A stretch of DNA of 64,000 nucleotides from Mobula hypostoma (GCF_963921235.1 NC_086107.1:114764001-114828000); one strand, 5' to 3'; shown: positions 20,901 to 34,539, counted from the first letter of the stretch. The notes: generated from the letters alone by a model not told the origin. Numbers and translations: made by a program.

Positions 20901-22415
20901 AAACGTGATAAATGTCATGAGGTGTCTTGCTGGATTGGAATGGGGCGCTGATTTTGCATCACTGAAGTATATTTATGTAGCATTAATAAGATCAAGATTA
21001 GACTATGGAAGTATTGGATACGGGTCAGCAGCAAAATCTGTGCTGGCAGAACTGGATATCGTGCAAGCTCGGGCTCTCAGGGTGTGCTTGGGAGCGGTTA
21101 GAACTTCCCCAGTGTGGGCACTCCAAGTTGAAGCAAATGAAATGCCATTGGGGCTGCGGCGTAAACAGCTGGAGGCCAATTACTGGATTAACTTTAGGGG
21201 GCATGGTGATAACCATCCTACAAAAAGGGTATTGCAGACATGCTGGGAGAAGGAGAAGATGCAGAAAGAAAGTTTTGGCTGGACAGGAGAGCAAACAGCA
21301 AAAGATATGGGTGTATACGATAAAGAGTTTTGTCCAAGTGTTGTGTGGTCTGTCAGACCTTTCTGGGTATTAGAAAATCCCTCTGTAGATTTGGAATTGC
21401 TTAAGATTAAACACAGTAATAAGACGGCCGATATACTCAGTGAATATCATCGTTATAGGGAATGTAAATATAAAGAAATACAGATTTTTACGGATGGATC
21501 AAAGGATCCAGAAACAGGTGCAAAACAGGGTCTGCAATTGTTGTACCAAGTTATCAAGTGGAAATTAGCAAGACAACAAATGTTTGCCATATTGTTAGCA
21601 CTAGAATGGAGTGAGCAGGTTGATTGAAATAATATTGTGATATGTAGCGATTCTGTATTGGCCCTTGCAAGCATTAAGGCGGGTACAGCTAGAGGTCAAC
21701 AGGATCTGCTTTATGAAATCCTGTTTGCAAATTCAAGACTGGCTAGACAAGGCAAAAATATCGCATTCATATGGGTTCCAGCACATGCGGGTATTATGGG
21801 AAATGAGACAGCAGAGAGGCTGGCAAAAGCAGCAGTCAAAAAAGGATCTATACAGGTCAATATTAAACTAACAAAATCAGAGGGGAAGAGCAGAGTGTGT
21901 AGAAGGATAAATCAGCAGTGGCAGCAGCATTGGGATAGAGCAATAAAAGGAAGACATTTACATTCAGTTCAGAACAGAGTAGATATGGGGAGAAGTAGGG
22001 GAGTAAAGCGGAAGGAGCAAGTGATTATAAGTAGACTGAGAATTGGGCACAGCAACCTTAATGATACTCTGGCCATCATAAATAAGCATCCAACAGGTTT
22101 TTGCGATCTATGTCAGGAGACTGAAACAGTAGAGCATATCCTTATTTCATGCCGGAAATTTGCACAGGAAAGGCAACAAATGTTACAACAATTACGCAAA
22201 ATAGGACTGGTAGAGAAGAGTGTTAAAGGTTTATTGGAATGTGGGGAGAGTGATCGGGGGAGGAAATGGTTGTTTAGTTTTTTTAAGGGCGACAGGACTG
22301 GACAGACGGCTTTAAAGTGAATGGGCAATGAGGGACAATAAACTGAAGATGGTAGTAATGCCACAGTGTGGATGCCAACTGCCGTAAAACTCAAGGAGGA
22401 AGAAGAAGAAGAAGA
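17968..22415 (+). mobile_element. I/Nimb-clade LINE with RNase H, internally deleted
   Basis: ORF1 with three Cys/His knuckles (e.g. CFNCQEFGHVAKVC). APE C-terminus (LNDG, GSDHYPI), RT (GTPQGSVVSP), RNase H (FTDGSK, CSDS, WVPAH..I.GNE), C-terminal CCHC, (GAA)n tail. TSD tcagtgctca/tcagcgctca. Confidence 0.9.
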
Positions 22416-22444
22416 TTCAGCGCTCAATCGTAAGACCAACCCGT

Positions 22445-22902
22445 GGGCACGACAACGCGAAGTTCGGCATGAGTCGCCAAATCCTCAAGACCTTCTACAG
22501 GGACAAGACTGAGAGCATCCCCACTGGCTGTAGCAGCGCCTGGTTCGGGGACTGCACCGACCTTGATCGCTGGGCACCGCAGAGAGTGGTAATGACAGCC
22601 CAGCGCAGCTGTGGCCGTGAACATGCCTCCGTTGAGGACATTTGTAGCAGCAGGTGCATAAAGGAGGCCTGGAAGGTCATCAGGGACACCAGTCACCCCA
22701 ACTATAAACTGTTTCAGCTGCTTCCGTCTGGCAAACGTTAGCGCAGCGTTAAAGCCAGGACCGACACGCTGCGGGACAGCTTCTTTCCTCAAGCTATTAG
22801 ACTTTCAAATTCACAGGTCTGTACATTGCGACGGAGTCATAACGCCAAGATTTTTACTCTCTCACATTGTGGGACGGATTAAATGAATTCAAATTCAATT
22901 CA
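22445..22902 (+). mobile_element. Rex1/Babar LINE 3' end
   Basis: LKTFYR...ESI.TGC..AW.G...LFQLLPSGKR and an aattc-repeat tail. Confidence 0.8.
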
Positions 22903-23191
22903 ACACTGTGCGCTGGACAATTAATCCATTTCGACACACAATACTAGAGGAAGGCTGCAGATCAGGTAGCATCTGTGGAAAGGAGTCGACATTTCGGGTA
23001 GAGACTGTTACCAGACGCACCCAACGGTGCCAACTTTCGGGTTGAGACGCTCCGGAGTATTCATACCTGGCTCGACCTCTTTAAGGATTCAGGGCCGTCC
23101 CGCTAATTGGCAATCATGTTTACTGGAGTAACTCTTCAGGTCCGGTAGCATCTATCAAAAAGAGTGGACAATGGATATTTTGGGTAGAGGC

Positions 23192-23500
23192 TGTTACGAG
23201 GCGCACCCAACCGCGCCAGCTATCGGGATTTGGACGCTCTCTCTCCGGAGATTTGCTAGCTGGTGCGGCTCCGTTAAGAGTTCAGAATCGTTCCACTTAT
23301 TGGCGGTCATGTTTTGGGCGCCAAGAGTTGACTATTTGAAGAGCACCTTGGGGGGGGGGGGTGCTCAGAGCTCATTAGTAAGCGCAACTGGAGATATCGT
23401 CCAGCTTTCTGTTTGTGATGAGTTCTTATTCCTTCTTTATACCGTGACTCGATCCTTGCCTTCAAATACTCCAGCATCCCTGTCAAGGTCACGCGTAACA
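23192..23500 (+). mobile_element. Gypsy 5' LTR (309 bp)
   Basis: TGTTACG...CGTAACA, perfect 7-bp inverted termini. Homologous to sequence starting at 27358. Confidence 0.85.
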
Positions 23501-26500
23501 GAGTGACTACAGTATCAGAGTTTTGTCCGATGCGGCCAACCGCAGCGAGGGGATTTCCGGACAAAGCCTGGAGATTCGCGATCTCCAAATTGTCGTTCAT
23601 CATCTTAATCCCGGAGACGGTGACCCGGGTTCTGTCGCCCAATGCTCGTCAGTGTTCGAACTCCAGTCGTCCCGGTTCCCTTCGGAGAGCAGAAAGGTGG
23701 CTTTCACTATCCCACGGATTCTGGTTTCATGCTAAAGGCGGAGAATACCTGGGCTAAGAACCGGAGGGAGGTGGAGGCTTTTCTGGACTTCTGGGCAGAG
23801 GGTAATTTTCTGGACTTAGGAATCGCCCGTCGGCTCGACATACTGCTGCGAGAGTTGAGCCCGCAACGCTCTTGGACGCCGCCCGCCAGGTTTCGAGCAG
23901 ATCCGGCAACAGACTAGTCTTGCAGATAAGGATAGAGGATCACGTGGAAGACATTAGTTTCTATATCATGACTCTCCACGCATATCCATGACCCTCGGAT
24001 ACCCTTGGCTGTCCCAGCATAACCCATCTGGGAGTGAGGAGGCAATGATTCCTTGGTCCAGTCATTATAAGAGGGTTTGTTTACAGCGTGGAGTTCCGAT
24101 CCCCAGACTCTCCGGAGACCAACGACCAACATGGCAGCGGTTGGTGAGGCGGAGGATCGAATGAAGCCGAGAGAGTACGAGGTAACCTCAGGCCTCCTGG
24201 AGACCTAATCCTGTCCTCAAGGACAGACAAGCCGGTCCCAACCAACGGGACTGTGCGTGTCCAGACCCTGTCTAGTCGGGGCCTCAGGGGAACTAGAGAG
24301 AAAATCTCTAGTTCGGGAGAAGACCAAAGAGGTGCCTGAGCAGTCCGGAACTCTCTCAGCTAAGCCCAAGGACTCCAGCCGCCAGGTTCTGAAGGAAGGA
24401 CAGACTCCTTTCCGCATACCTTTGAAATCTGTTCCCGGGGCCCAAGGACAGTTTGTAAAGCCTCGCTGCCGTCGCCTGAGGATACAGACGAGGATTTGGA
24501 CTCTGATTTGGCCACTGTTTCTAAGAATGAGTTTTGTGAACCTGGGCAGGGAACTTTAAGTCCGCCGAGTCACTCCTGCCACCTAAGAAGCCTCAGGAGG
24601 CGTCCTGGAAAGAAAGTCCGGAGGAGAACGCAACACTCAAACCGGTCGAAATCCCTTCCCTCTGCAAGGACTTAGAGCAGGTCTTCAGCGAGGGAAAGGC
24701 CTTGACTCATCCACCGCACCGACCGTGCCAATGTGCTATAGACCTGTTGCCCGGTACTTATCTTCCGCGGGTGTCTATTATACGCGCTCTCAGCCAAGAG
24801 AGAACCGCGATGTGTATATAAAGGAGGTTCTCGCCATGGGCTTCATTCGACCCTCTGCCTCAGGAGCCGGCGCAGGCTTCTTCGTACAAAAGAAAGACGG
24901 GAGCCTACGGACGTGTATTGGTTGTAAGGGGTTAAACCGCATAAGGGCCAATAATCCCCCTCCACTCATGTATACGGTATTCAAGATTCTCTAAGGGGCA
25001 AGAGTATTCATGAATCTAGACCTGCGGAGTGCGTACAATCTGGTCCGCATAAAGGAGAGAGGTTAGTGAAAAACCGCATTCAATACACCGTCGGGGCACC
25101 GAGTACCCGGTCTTGTGAACGCTCCAGTACTCTTGCCAGGCCTTTATAAGCGACGTGCTCCCGGTTACACTACATGAGTACGCCGTCGTTTACTTGGACG
25201 ACATCCTAATCTCTCGAAGTCCATGGAGGAACACATCCCTCACGCAGAAACATCTTGAAGCGGCTTCTAGACTATGGACTTTATGTCAAGCTGGAGAAGT
25301 CCGAATTTTACGCGACGACTATTTCCAATACTGTAGTCCAATGACATTCTCAAGATGGATTTTACCAAGAGCCAGGCAGTCGTAGCCTGGCCACAACCAT
25401 ACAGTGTCAAAGTCGTCCAAAAATTCCTGGGGTTTGCTGTTACCGGAAGTTAATCAGGAACCTCAGCTCAATGGCAGCTCCGCTGACGCCTCTAATTAAG
25501 ATATTGTCTGGACTACCGAAGCGGAGGCTGCTTTTGCCGAGCTCAAACAGCGGCTCACATCAGCTCCCGTCTTGGTTTCAGCCAACCCCGACCTTCCCTT
25601 CCCGTGGAGCTGGACGCCCTGGACATCGAAGTGGGTGCAGTGTTGTCTCAACGGTCACCTTCAGACAGAAAGATGCACTCGTGTACATTCTTCTCCAAGT
25701 GGCTATCCCCGGCAGAGGGGAACTATGACAGCGGGAATCGGGAGCTACTCGTGTTTAAGTTGGCTTTGGGTCACTAGCGTGAGGGAGCTGAGAACCCTTT
25801 AATCGTTTGGACTGACCGCAAAGACCTGGCTTGTATTCAAGAGGCCAAGGTGGTCCCTGTTCTTTATCCGCTTTAATTTCATCCTGATCTACCGACCAGG
25901 GTTAAAAAAAAAATAGAAACCACATCCTTTATCCCTTTAGTTTGACGAACCCGAACGAGAGGAGCAGCCTACCAACCACTTTGCCCCAGGCCGCGGTGGT
26001 GGCGCCAATTACTTGGAGTATCAACGCTCTTGTTCACATAGCCCAAGCGCAAGGGACGATCCCTAAGAACGGTCTTCCGGGTCGGCTGTTCATCTCGAGT
26101 TCCGTCCGGTCTCAGGTGCTCCGGTGGGATATTCATCGAGAATGGCCGCTCACCCGGAGATTGCCAGAACCCTCAAGAGAATCTGTTGGTGGCCCGGAAT
26201 GATGCAAGAGGTTCGGCAGTAGGTGCAGGCATGAGAGCTGTGCGCCCGGAACAACGAGCCCCGTACTCAACCCCAAGGACACCTCCACCCCTACCTGTTC
26301 TGGAAAGACCATGGGCACACATCTTCGTGGACTTTGTCACGGGTCTTCCGCCATCCAAGGGGAAAATAGTCATCATGATCATTGCCGATCTGTTTTCGAA
26401 GGCCGGCAAGTTCATTGCCTTGGATAAGCTCCCGTCCGTGGTGGAGACGGCCGAAATTGTCCCGGATCAAGCCTTCACGATCCACGGATGTCTGGTGAAT

Positions 26501-27481
26501 ATTGTCACGGATCGCAGTCTACAATTCGCACCACAATTCTGCGGGGGGGGGGGGGGGGTGCGTTAGGGCTTTCCTCTGGGTTTCACCCGCACTCCAACGT
26601 CCAGGCGGAGCGGCCTAACCAAGATTGGAATGAACCTCAGAGGCCTGCCGAGTGCTACGACCATTTGATGTGGACAGAAGTTGCCCACCAGACCTGACAG
26701 CGTTCGGTGCACGGGATGTCACCGTTTGAGTGCCAGTTTGGTTCTCCTCCGCCACTCTTCCCGGAATAGGAGACGGAGGTAGGGGTTCCTGCGGCCGAAG
26801 ATCTCGCCCAACGCTGCAAGCAGAAATGCATCAGGGCAAGAGGGATTTTTGCTGGCCTCTACCTGGAAGGCGAAAACCAAAGCTAACCGAAGGAGAAGAC
26901 AGGGACCCGCTTTGCAGCCAGGGCAACAGGTCTGGCTGTCCACTCAAGATTTGACTCTGCGGGTGGAGTCTAGAAAATTGGCATTCAAGTTCATTGGACC
27001 CTTCAAAGTCCAGATGAAGGTAAACCCGGTGACTTACACCTTGCAGCTCCCCTAGAACTTGAAGATCAATTCCACCTTCTGCATCTCTAAGTTAAAACCT
27101 GTCAGCACCAGCCCCTTAGCCCCACCGCCACGCAGGTTCATCGGTGGGGAACAGCTCTTATCGGTGAGAAGACTTTCGGACTTGCGGACTTTTCGGGGTG
27201 TTGGGCAATATCTCGTGGACTGGGAAGGATTCGGACCGGAGGAGTGGTGCTGGGTGCCTGAAAGAGACATCTCGGATCCGGTTCTCATCAACGGTTACCA
27301 TCATCGCCTCTCCGAGTAGCCAGGGTCGTCAGGAGTCGGCCGTAGGAGAGCGGGTCCTGTTACGAGACGCACCCAACCACGCCCGGTTTTGGGGTTTAGA
27401 CGCTTTAACTCTCCGGAGTATGGATATCTGGTGCGACCCCTTTTAAGGGTTCAGGACCGCTCACTAATTGGCAATCATGTT

Positions 27482-30118
27482 GATCAGAGATCGTTGTCAC
27501 GGCTGCAGAAAAAGTGGACGCCATGGAGGGATTGTCTACGGAGTCTCTGTGGGTGGAGGTTAGGAACAGGGAGGGGTCATTAACTTTACTGGGTGTTTTT
27601 TATAGGCCGCCCAATAGTAACAGGGATATCGAGGAGCAGATAGGGAAATAGATCCTGGAAAGGTGTAATAATAACAGAGTTGGCGTGATGGGAGATTTTA
27701 ATTTCCCAAATATCGATTGGCATCTCCCTAGAGCGAGGGGTTTAGATGGGGTGGAGTTTGTTAGGTGTGTTCAGGAAGGTTTCTTGACACAGTATGTAGA
27801 TAAGCCTACAAGAGGAGAGGCTGTACTTGATTTGGTATTGGGAAATTAACCTGGTCAGCTGTCAGATCTCTCAGTGGGAGAGCATTTTGGAGATAGTGAT
27901 CATAATCCTATCTCCTTTACAATAGCATTCGAGAGCGATAGGAACAGACAAGTTAGAAAAGCGTTTAATTGGAGTAAGGGGAATTATGAGGCTATCAGCC
28001 AGGAAATTGGAAGCCTAAATTGGAAACAGATGTTCTCAGGGAAAAGTACAGAAGAAATATGGCAAATGTTCAGAGGATATTCTGTGGCATTCTGCATAAG
28101 TACGTTCCAATGAGACAGGGAAGTTATGGTAGGGTACAGGAACCGTGGTGTATAAAGGCTGTAATAAATCTAGTCAAGAAGAAAAGAAAAGCTTACAAAA
28201 GGTTCAGAGAGCTAGGTAATGTTCGAGATCTAGAAGATTATAAGGCTAACAGGAAGGAGCTTAAGAAGGAAATTAGGAGAGCCAGAAGGGGCCATGAGAA
28301 GGCCTTGGTGGGCAGGGTTAAGGAAAACCACAAGGCATTCTACAAGTATGTGAAGAGCAAGAGGATAAGACGTGGAAAAATAGGACCTATCAAGTGTGAC
28401 AGTGGAAAAGTGTGTATGGAACTGGAAGAAATAGCAGAGGTACTTAATGAATACTTTACTTCAGTATTCACTATGGAAAAGGAACTTGGTGATTATAGTG
28501 ATGACTTGCAGCAGACTGAAAAGCTTGAGCATGTAGATATTAAGAAAGAGGATGTGCTGCAGCTTTTGGAAAGCATCAAGTTGGATAAGTCACCGGGACT
28601 GGAGGAGATGTACCCAGGCTACTGTGGGAGGCGAGGGAGGAGATTGGTGAGCCTCTAGCGATGATCTTTCTATCATCAGTGGGGACGGGAGAGGTTCCAG
28701 AGAATTGGAGGGTTGCGGATGTTGTTCCCTTATTCAAGAAAGGGGGTAGAGATAGCCCAGGAAATTATAGACCAGTGAGTCTTACCTCAGTGGTTGGTAA
28801 GTTGATGGAGAAGATTCTGAGAGGCAGGATTTATGAACATTTGGAGAGGTATAATATGATTAGGAATAGTCAGCATGGCTTTGTCAAGGGCAAGTCGTAC
28901 CTTACAAACCTGATCGAATTTTTTGAGGATGTGACTAAACACATTGATGAAGGAAGAGCAGTAGATGTAGCATATATGGATTTCAGCAAGGCTTATTGAG
29001 AAAATAAGGAGGCATGGGATTCAAGGAGACATTGCTTTGTGGATACAGAACTAGCTTGCCTACAGAAGGCAAAGAGTGGTTGTAGACAGGTCATATTCTG
29101 CATGGAGGTTGGTGACCAGTGGTGTGCTTCAAGGATCTGTTCTGGGACCCTTACTCTTTGTGATTTTTATAAATGACCTGGATGCGGAAGTGGAGGAATG
29201 GGTTAGTAAGTTTGCTGATAAAACAAAGGTTGGAAGTGTTGTGAATAGTGTGGAGGGCTGTCAGAGGTTACAGTGGGACATTGATAGGATGCAAAACTGG
29301 GCTGAGAAGTGCAGATGGAGTTCAACCCAGAGAAGTGTGAAGTGGTTCATTTTGGTAGGTCAAATATGATTGCAGAATATAGTATTAATGGTAAGACTCT
29401 TGGCAGTGTGGAGGATCAGAGGGATCTTGGGGTCCAAGTCCATAGGACACTCAAGGCAGCTGTGCATGTTGACTCTGTGGTTAAGAAGGCATACAGTGTA
29501 TCGGCCTTCATCAATCATGGAATTTAATTTAGGAGCCGAGAGGTAATTTTGCAGCTAAACAGAACCCTGGTCAGACCCCACTTGGAGTACTGTGCTCAGT
29601 TCTGGTCGCCTCACTACACAAAGGATGTGGAAGCCATAGAAAGGGTGCAGAGGAGATTTACAAGGATGTTGCCTGGATTGGGGAGCATGCCTTATGAGAA
29701 TACGTTGAGTGAACTCGGCCTTTTCTCTTTGGAGTGATGGAGGATGAGAGGTGACCTGATAGAGGTGTATAAGATGATGAGAGGCATTGATCGTGTGGAT
29801 AGTCAGAGGCTTTTTCCAGGGCTGAAATGGTTGCCACAAGAGGACACAGGTTTAAGGTGCTGGGGAGTAGGTACAGAGGAGATGTCAGGGGTAAGTTTTT
29901 TACTCAGAGAGTGGTGAGTGCGTGGAATGGGCTGCTGGCAACGGTGGTGGAGGCGAATACAATAGGGTCTTTTAAGAGACTTTTGGATAGGTACATGGAG
30001 CTTAGAAAAATAGAGGGCTATGGGTAAGCCTAGTAATTTCTAAGGTAGGGACGTATTCAGCACAACTCTGTGGGCTGAAGGACCTGTATTGTGCTGTAGG
30101 TTTTCTATGTTTCTATGT
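27482..30118 (+). mobile_element. 5'-truncated CR1 LINE inserted in the Gypsy 3' LTR
   Basis: APE (GDFNFP, GDSDHN) and RT motifs, with a (ttctatgt)n tail. Confidence 0.9.
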
Positions 30119-30189
30119 CTTTGGCGCCAATAATTGAGTATTTAAAGAGCACCTGAACTGAGCTTCAGTGCTCAATCATAAACCCAACA

Positions 30190-33100
30190 TGAAAATTAAT
30201 TGACAATGTTGAATAGTAAAGTTACTGAAAACCATAATCCAAAGCAAGATGAATAAAAATATAGCCTAAGACACAATTTTATACAAGACTTTAAAAAAAC
30301 ATTTTCTTACTAAGTGACATGATCAGGCTCAAATATAGGTCTAGCATGTGAAATCTGTGCTTGTTTTGCTGCAGAAGTACTTAATTCTGGGTCAAACTTG
30401 AGATAAGCTCACGCAGATTTCACCTTCAACTGAAATGCGATGATTTCTGTCCTCACGCTTGATGCTTGATAAACAAGAAAAAGCTTGCTCACACATGTAG
30501 GAAGTTGAAAACTGCAGCAAAATGTCCATCGTTTTCCTGTGAATGGCAGGATACTCTTCATTCATAGAAATCCAGAACTTGTCCAGGGGCAGGTCAGTAA
30601 ATCTCAGCTTGAGTGGATAGTTAGATTGCACAACCACAAATTTCCTCCTCTTCTTTCAAATTAAAGTTCTCTGACTGAGCCGAAGATTCAGAGAAAGGGT
30701 CCCTCACCCAGTCATACATTTGTGTTCAAAGGGAGGGAAATACTGTTCAATTTTGCTCTGCAGTTCTTCCAGGTGGTTTTCAATAAGACTCAAGACTTTC
30801 TGATATCCTGCCTCAGTCTCAAGCCCAAGCGGCAGTGGAAACATTTCAAGATTTTCTTTTGCAACATGATTTTTCCAAAATTAAATTTCCTTTTAAATCC
30901 AAGAATCTTGTCACTTGAAGTCAAAACATTTTCTCCAGTGCCTTAGAAGAGACTTGTTCAACTAGTTCATATGATGAAAAATGTCTGCTAAGTAGGCTCG
31001 TTTCTGCAGCCATTCTTAATTTTCAAAGCACTCAGCAAAATCTGGCCGACTATTTTCTTGAAAGTACTCCAGCAATTCACCTTTCAGCTCAAACACCCTG
31101 TTGAGAACTCTTCCTCTGCTAAGCTGCTGGATTTCTGTATGTAGCAGGAGACTGGTGTGCTCTTTGTCCAGGTTTTCACATAGTTTTTAAAACATTATCA
31201 AGTTAACTGGTTTTTATTTAATAAAAGTTAACCATTTTTTGTAGCGTCATCTAGGACTTTTTTCATTTCATCTCCATGAGTTTTTGATATCAGCACCTCT
31301 CTGTGAAGAAAGCAGTCTGTTGTGACAACATTAGGATTTTGTTTTAACAAGAGAAATGAAATCTCTCATGGGGCCAACCTTCAGTACAAATGGAACACAG
31401 TTCCTCCAAGACAGACCCTTTGTTTCCGGATATGAAGACAAACCATTAAATTTGCTTGTTGCAGGCAGCTCTTTGCAACAGAAAAAGTCTTCTTGAATTT
31501 CACCATCATTGACAAGTCTTACAAAGTTGGATCACTCGTCCGTGTAAAACTCAAGGGTAAGTAGCTTTCATTGTAAAGATTGACTTTTTTGTGTTTCTGT
31601 CGTTGCACTAGTGCAGTGAAATGACTCACATTAATTCTTCATTAAGCCCAAGAAATAGTGGATGCATTAGTGATAATTTTTCAAAACTCGTTAGATTCTG
31701 GACTAGTTCCTGAGGATTGGAGGGTGGCTAATGTAACTCCACTGTTTAAAAAAGGAGGGAGAGAGAAACCGGGGAATTATAGGCCGGTTAGCCTAACGTC
31801 GGTGGTGGGGAAACTGCTGGAGTCAGTTATCAAGGATGTGATAACAGCACATTTGGAAAGCGGTGAAATGATCAGACAAAGTCAGCATGGATTTGTGAAA
31901 GGAAAATCATGTCTGACGAATCTCATAGAATTTTTTGAGGATGTAACTAGTAGAGTGGATAGGGGAGAACCAGTGGATGTGGTATATTTGGATTTTCAAA
32001 AGGCTTTTGACAAGGTCCCACACAGGAGATTAGTGTGCAAACTTAAAGCACACGGTATTGGGGGTAAGGTATTGGTGTGGGTGGAGAATTGGTTAGCAGA
32101 CAGGAAGCAAAGAGTGGGAATAAACGGGACCTTTTCAGAATGGCAGGCGGTGACTAGTGGGGTACCGCAAGGCTCAGTGCTGGGATCCCAGTTGTTTACA
32201 ATATATATTAATGACTTGGATAAGGGAATTAAATGCAGCATCTCCAAGTTTGCGGATGACACGAAGCTGGGTGGCAGTGTTAGCTGTGAGGAGGATGCTA
32301 AGAGGATGCAGGGTGACTTGGATAGGTTGGGTGAGTGGGCAAATTCATGGCAGATGCAATTTAATGTGGATAAATGTGAAGTTATCCACTTTGGTGGCAA
32401 AAATAGGAAAACAGATTATTATCTGAATGGTGGCCGATTAGGAAAAGGGGAGGTGCAACGAGACCTGGGTGTCATTATACACCAGTCATTGAAAGTGGGC
32501 ATGCAGGTACAGCAGGCGGTGAAAAAGGCGAATGGTATGCTGGCATTTATAGCGAGAGGATTCGAGTACAGGAGCAGGGAGGTACTACTGCAGTTGTACA
32601 AGGCCTTGGTGAGACAACACCTGGAGTATTGTGTGCAGTGTTGGTCCCCTAATCTGAGGAAAGACATCCTTGCCATAGAGGGAGTACAAAGAAGGTTCAC
32701 CAGATTGATTCCTGGGATGGCAGGACTTTCATATGAAGAAAGACTGGATGAACTGGGCTTGTACTCGTTGGAATTTAAAAGATTGAGGGGGGATCTGATT
32801 GAAACGTATAAGATCCTAAAGGGATTGGACAGGCTAGATGCAGGAAGATTGTTCCCGATGTTGGGGAAGTCCAAAACGAGGGGCCACAGTTTGAGGATAG
32901 AGGGGAAGCCTTTTAGGACCGAGATTAGGAAAAACTTCTTCACACAGAGAGTGGTGAATCTGTGGAATTCTCTGCCACAGGAAACAGTTGAGGCCAGTTC
33001 ATTGGCTATATTTAAGAGGGAGTTAGATATGGCCCTTGTGGCTACGGGGGTCAGGGGGTATGGAGGGAAGGCTGGGGCGGGGTTCTGAGTTGGATGATCA

Positions 33101-33280
33101 GCCATGATCATAATAAATGGCAGTGCAGGCTCGAAGGGCCGAATGGCCTACTCCTGCACCTATTTTCTATGTTTCATCATTGACCTTATCAGAATTGGCC
33201 ATAGGCCTAGAATTTTCCTCAATTGCCTAATTGGACCATCCTTAGGATGAAAATTTCTCTCCAGTTTTGTACAACACTGA
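30190..33280 (-). mobile_element. Decayed hAT (Buster/Charlie-type) transposase remnant, interrupted by a CR1
   Basis: C-terminal dimerisation motif FWI...EYP...LLQFSTSYMCEQAFS (30392-30637). N-terminal ESYL..F-like motif near 31540-31570. Ends and TIRs not resolved. Confidence 0.7.
31645..33175 (+). mobile_element. Young 5'-truncated CR1 with uninterrupted 476-aa RT ORF
   Basis: ORF 31658-33088 has no stops and carries all CR1 RT motifs ([17 protein letters not shown]), plus a 3' UTR and ttctatg tail. Confidence 0.92.
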
Positions 33281-33689
33281 TAGAGTTTGTTCATTCCCAA
33301 ACGTCAGTCAGCGGCACATAGGGGGAAGCTGGGGGAGGTAATTCAGGAGGGAGAGGCTGACATCACAACCCAGTTGGGTAAGTTCATTCAATGCTTGAAA
33401 AATGCACTTCACTTGCCTCATCAGCCTACTGGCCTCCAACAAATGCGTGTACAGGTAATTGTCCTTTGTGTCGGACAATAACCCCGTGTGCAGTGTGATG
33501 AACCTCTGTGCAGGACAAGACAACAGTGCGCAGGACAATAATCCAATGTGTAGGAGAGTCACATGTATCAAACACCATGGTGCTCTCTGCAGTTACCTGA
33601 TGAGGTAACTGTAGCATTTGGCTAGGATCAGATATCATCAGGTGGTGCCCAGCCTTCATGGTGTTTTGACCCTTAACCGCTACATTTCT

Positions 33690-34375
33690 CTAGTTGACAG
33701 TTCAGCAGTGCCCATCTGCTCCTGACTTCCCACTCAATTCCTCTCGCCCGCTCCATATCCTGCAAGAGGCTCTTTCTGTTTCCTCCCCCATCCTGTGAGC
33801 TGCTTGGTTCTTGCTCTTTTCATCAAGGCCAGCACAAACAGCAACCTCCATGCCAACCTTGTTGGGAACCCGCAACAGCCAATTTCCACGGGGAATAGTC
33901 ACGTCTGCCATCCTGCGTCCCTGGACTAAGTACGGGTAGTTCAGAGTCATCCTCTTGTTGCGTTCTTGCATTGTGAGCCTCCTTGCATTCTTCCTCCCCT
34001 GGAACTATGACCTCTACCAGGATGATTTTCTTTTTTTCGTGGACCACATTACAATATCTGGTGGAAGTGTGGTTTGTGTCACCTCTGGGAATTGCAGCTT
34101 CCTCTCCACCCTCATCTCCCATGATTTGGCAGTTTGCAGCAGATTGGATTTAGGCCTTTTTGATATGACTGGCATGGTCCTCCCCTTGATGAAAATGACT
34201 GCCCTGTTTCCCTTTCTGCCAGCTGGCCTCTTTTTACACCTCTCCCACTCCAGTGTGTCAGCAAAGGACAACAGGACCTTGTGGTTTCGCCACTTATTCT
34301 GTCCTTGTGTTAAAGTTGTTTTGCATCCTGACAGTATGTGTGCCTGGTCAATGAACCTGAGTGCTGGTCAATGCA
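33690..34375 (-). mobile_element. Hero-like RLE endonuclease fragment
   Basis: TTLPPDIVMWS and IILVEVIVPGEE...EAH, a PD-(D/E)xK restriction-like endonuclease motif. Confidence 0.65.
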
Positions 34376-34539
34376 CTGGACTTTTACAAAACCTTCTTGT
34401 CAAAGATTCATTGCATATATGTGTGTGTGGGATGATAATTTCTTCATGGGACAATAGACATGAGTGGGACAACAAACTATGGTGTACGGCACTAAACCTA
34501 TGTGTAGGACCATGAAAGAAACTCCAATGTATATATTTA

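Larger units (their letters stand above)
23192..30190 (+). mobile_element. Decayed chromoviral Gypsy LTR retrotransposon; 3' LTR (from 27358) split by a CR1
   Basis: RT (GFIRPS...KKDGSLR; VYLDDILI), integrase (RPWAHIFVDFVTGLPPSKG), chromodomain (QYLVDWEGFGPEE..WVP). Many frameshifts. LTR sequence resumes at about 30119. Confidence 0.9.

Noticed and set aside
30190..31640. Domesticated ZBED/Buster host gene
   Set aside because: Frameshifts, an internal deletion and a CR1 insertion indicate a dead transposon.
18117..33111. Long antisense ORFs (18117-19025, 31996-32400, 32419-33111)
   Set aside because: Shadow ORFs on the opposite strand of LINE coding sequence.
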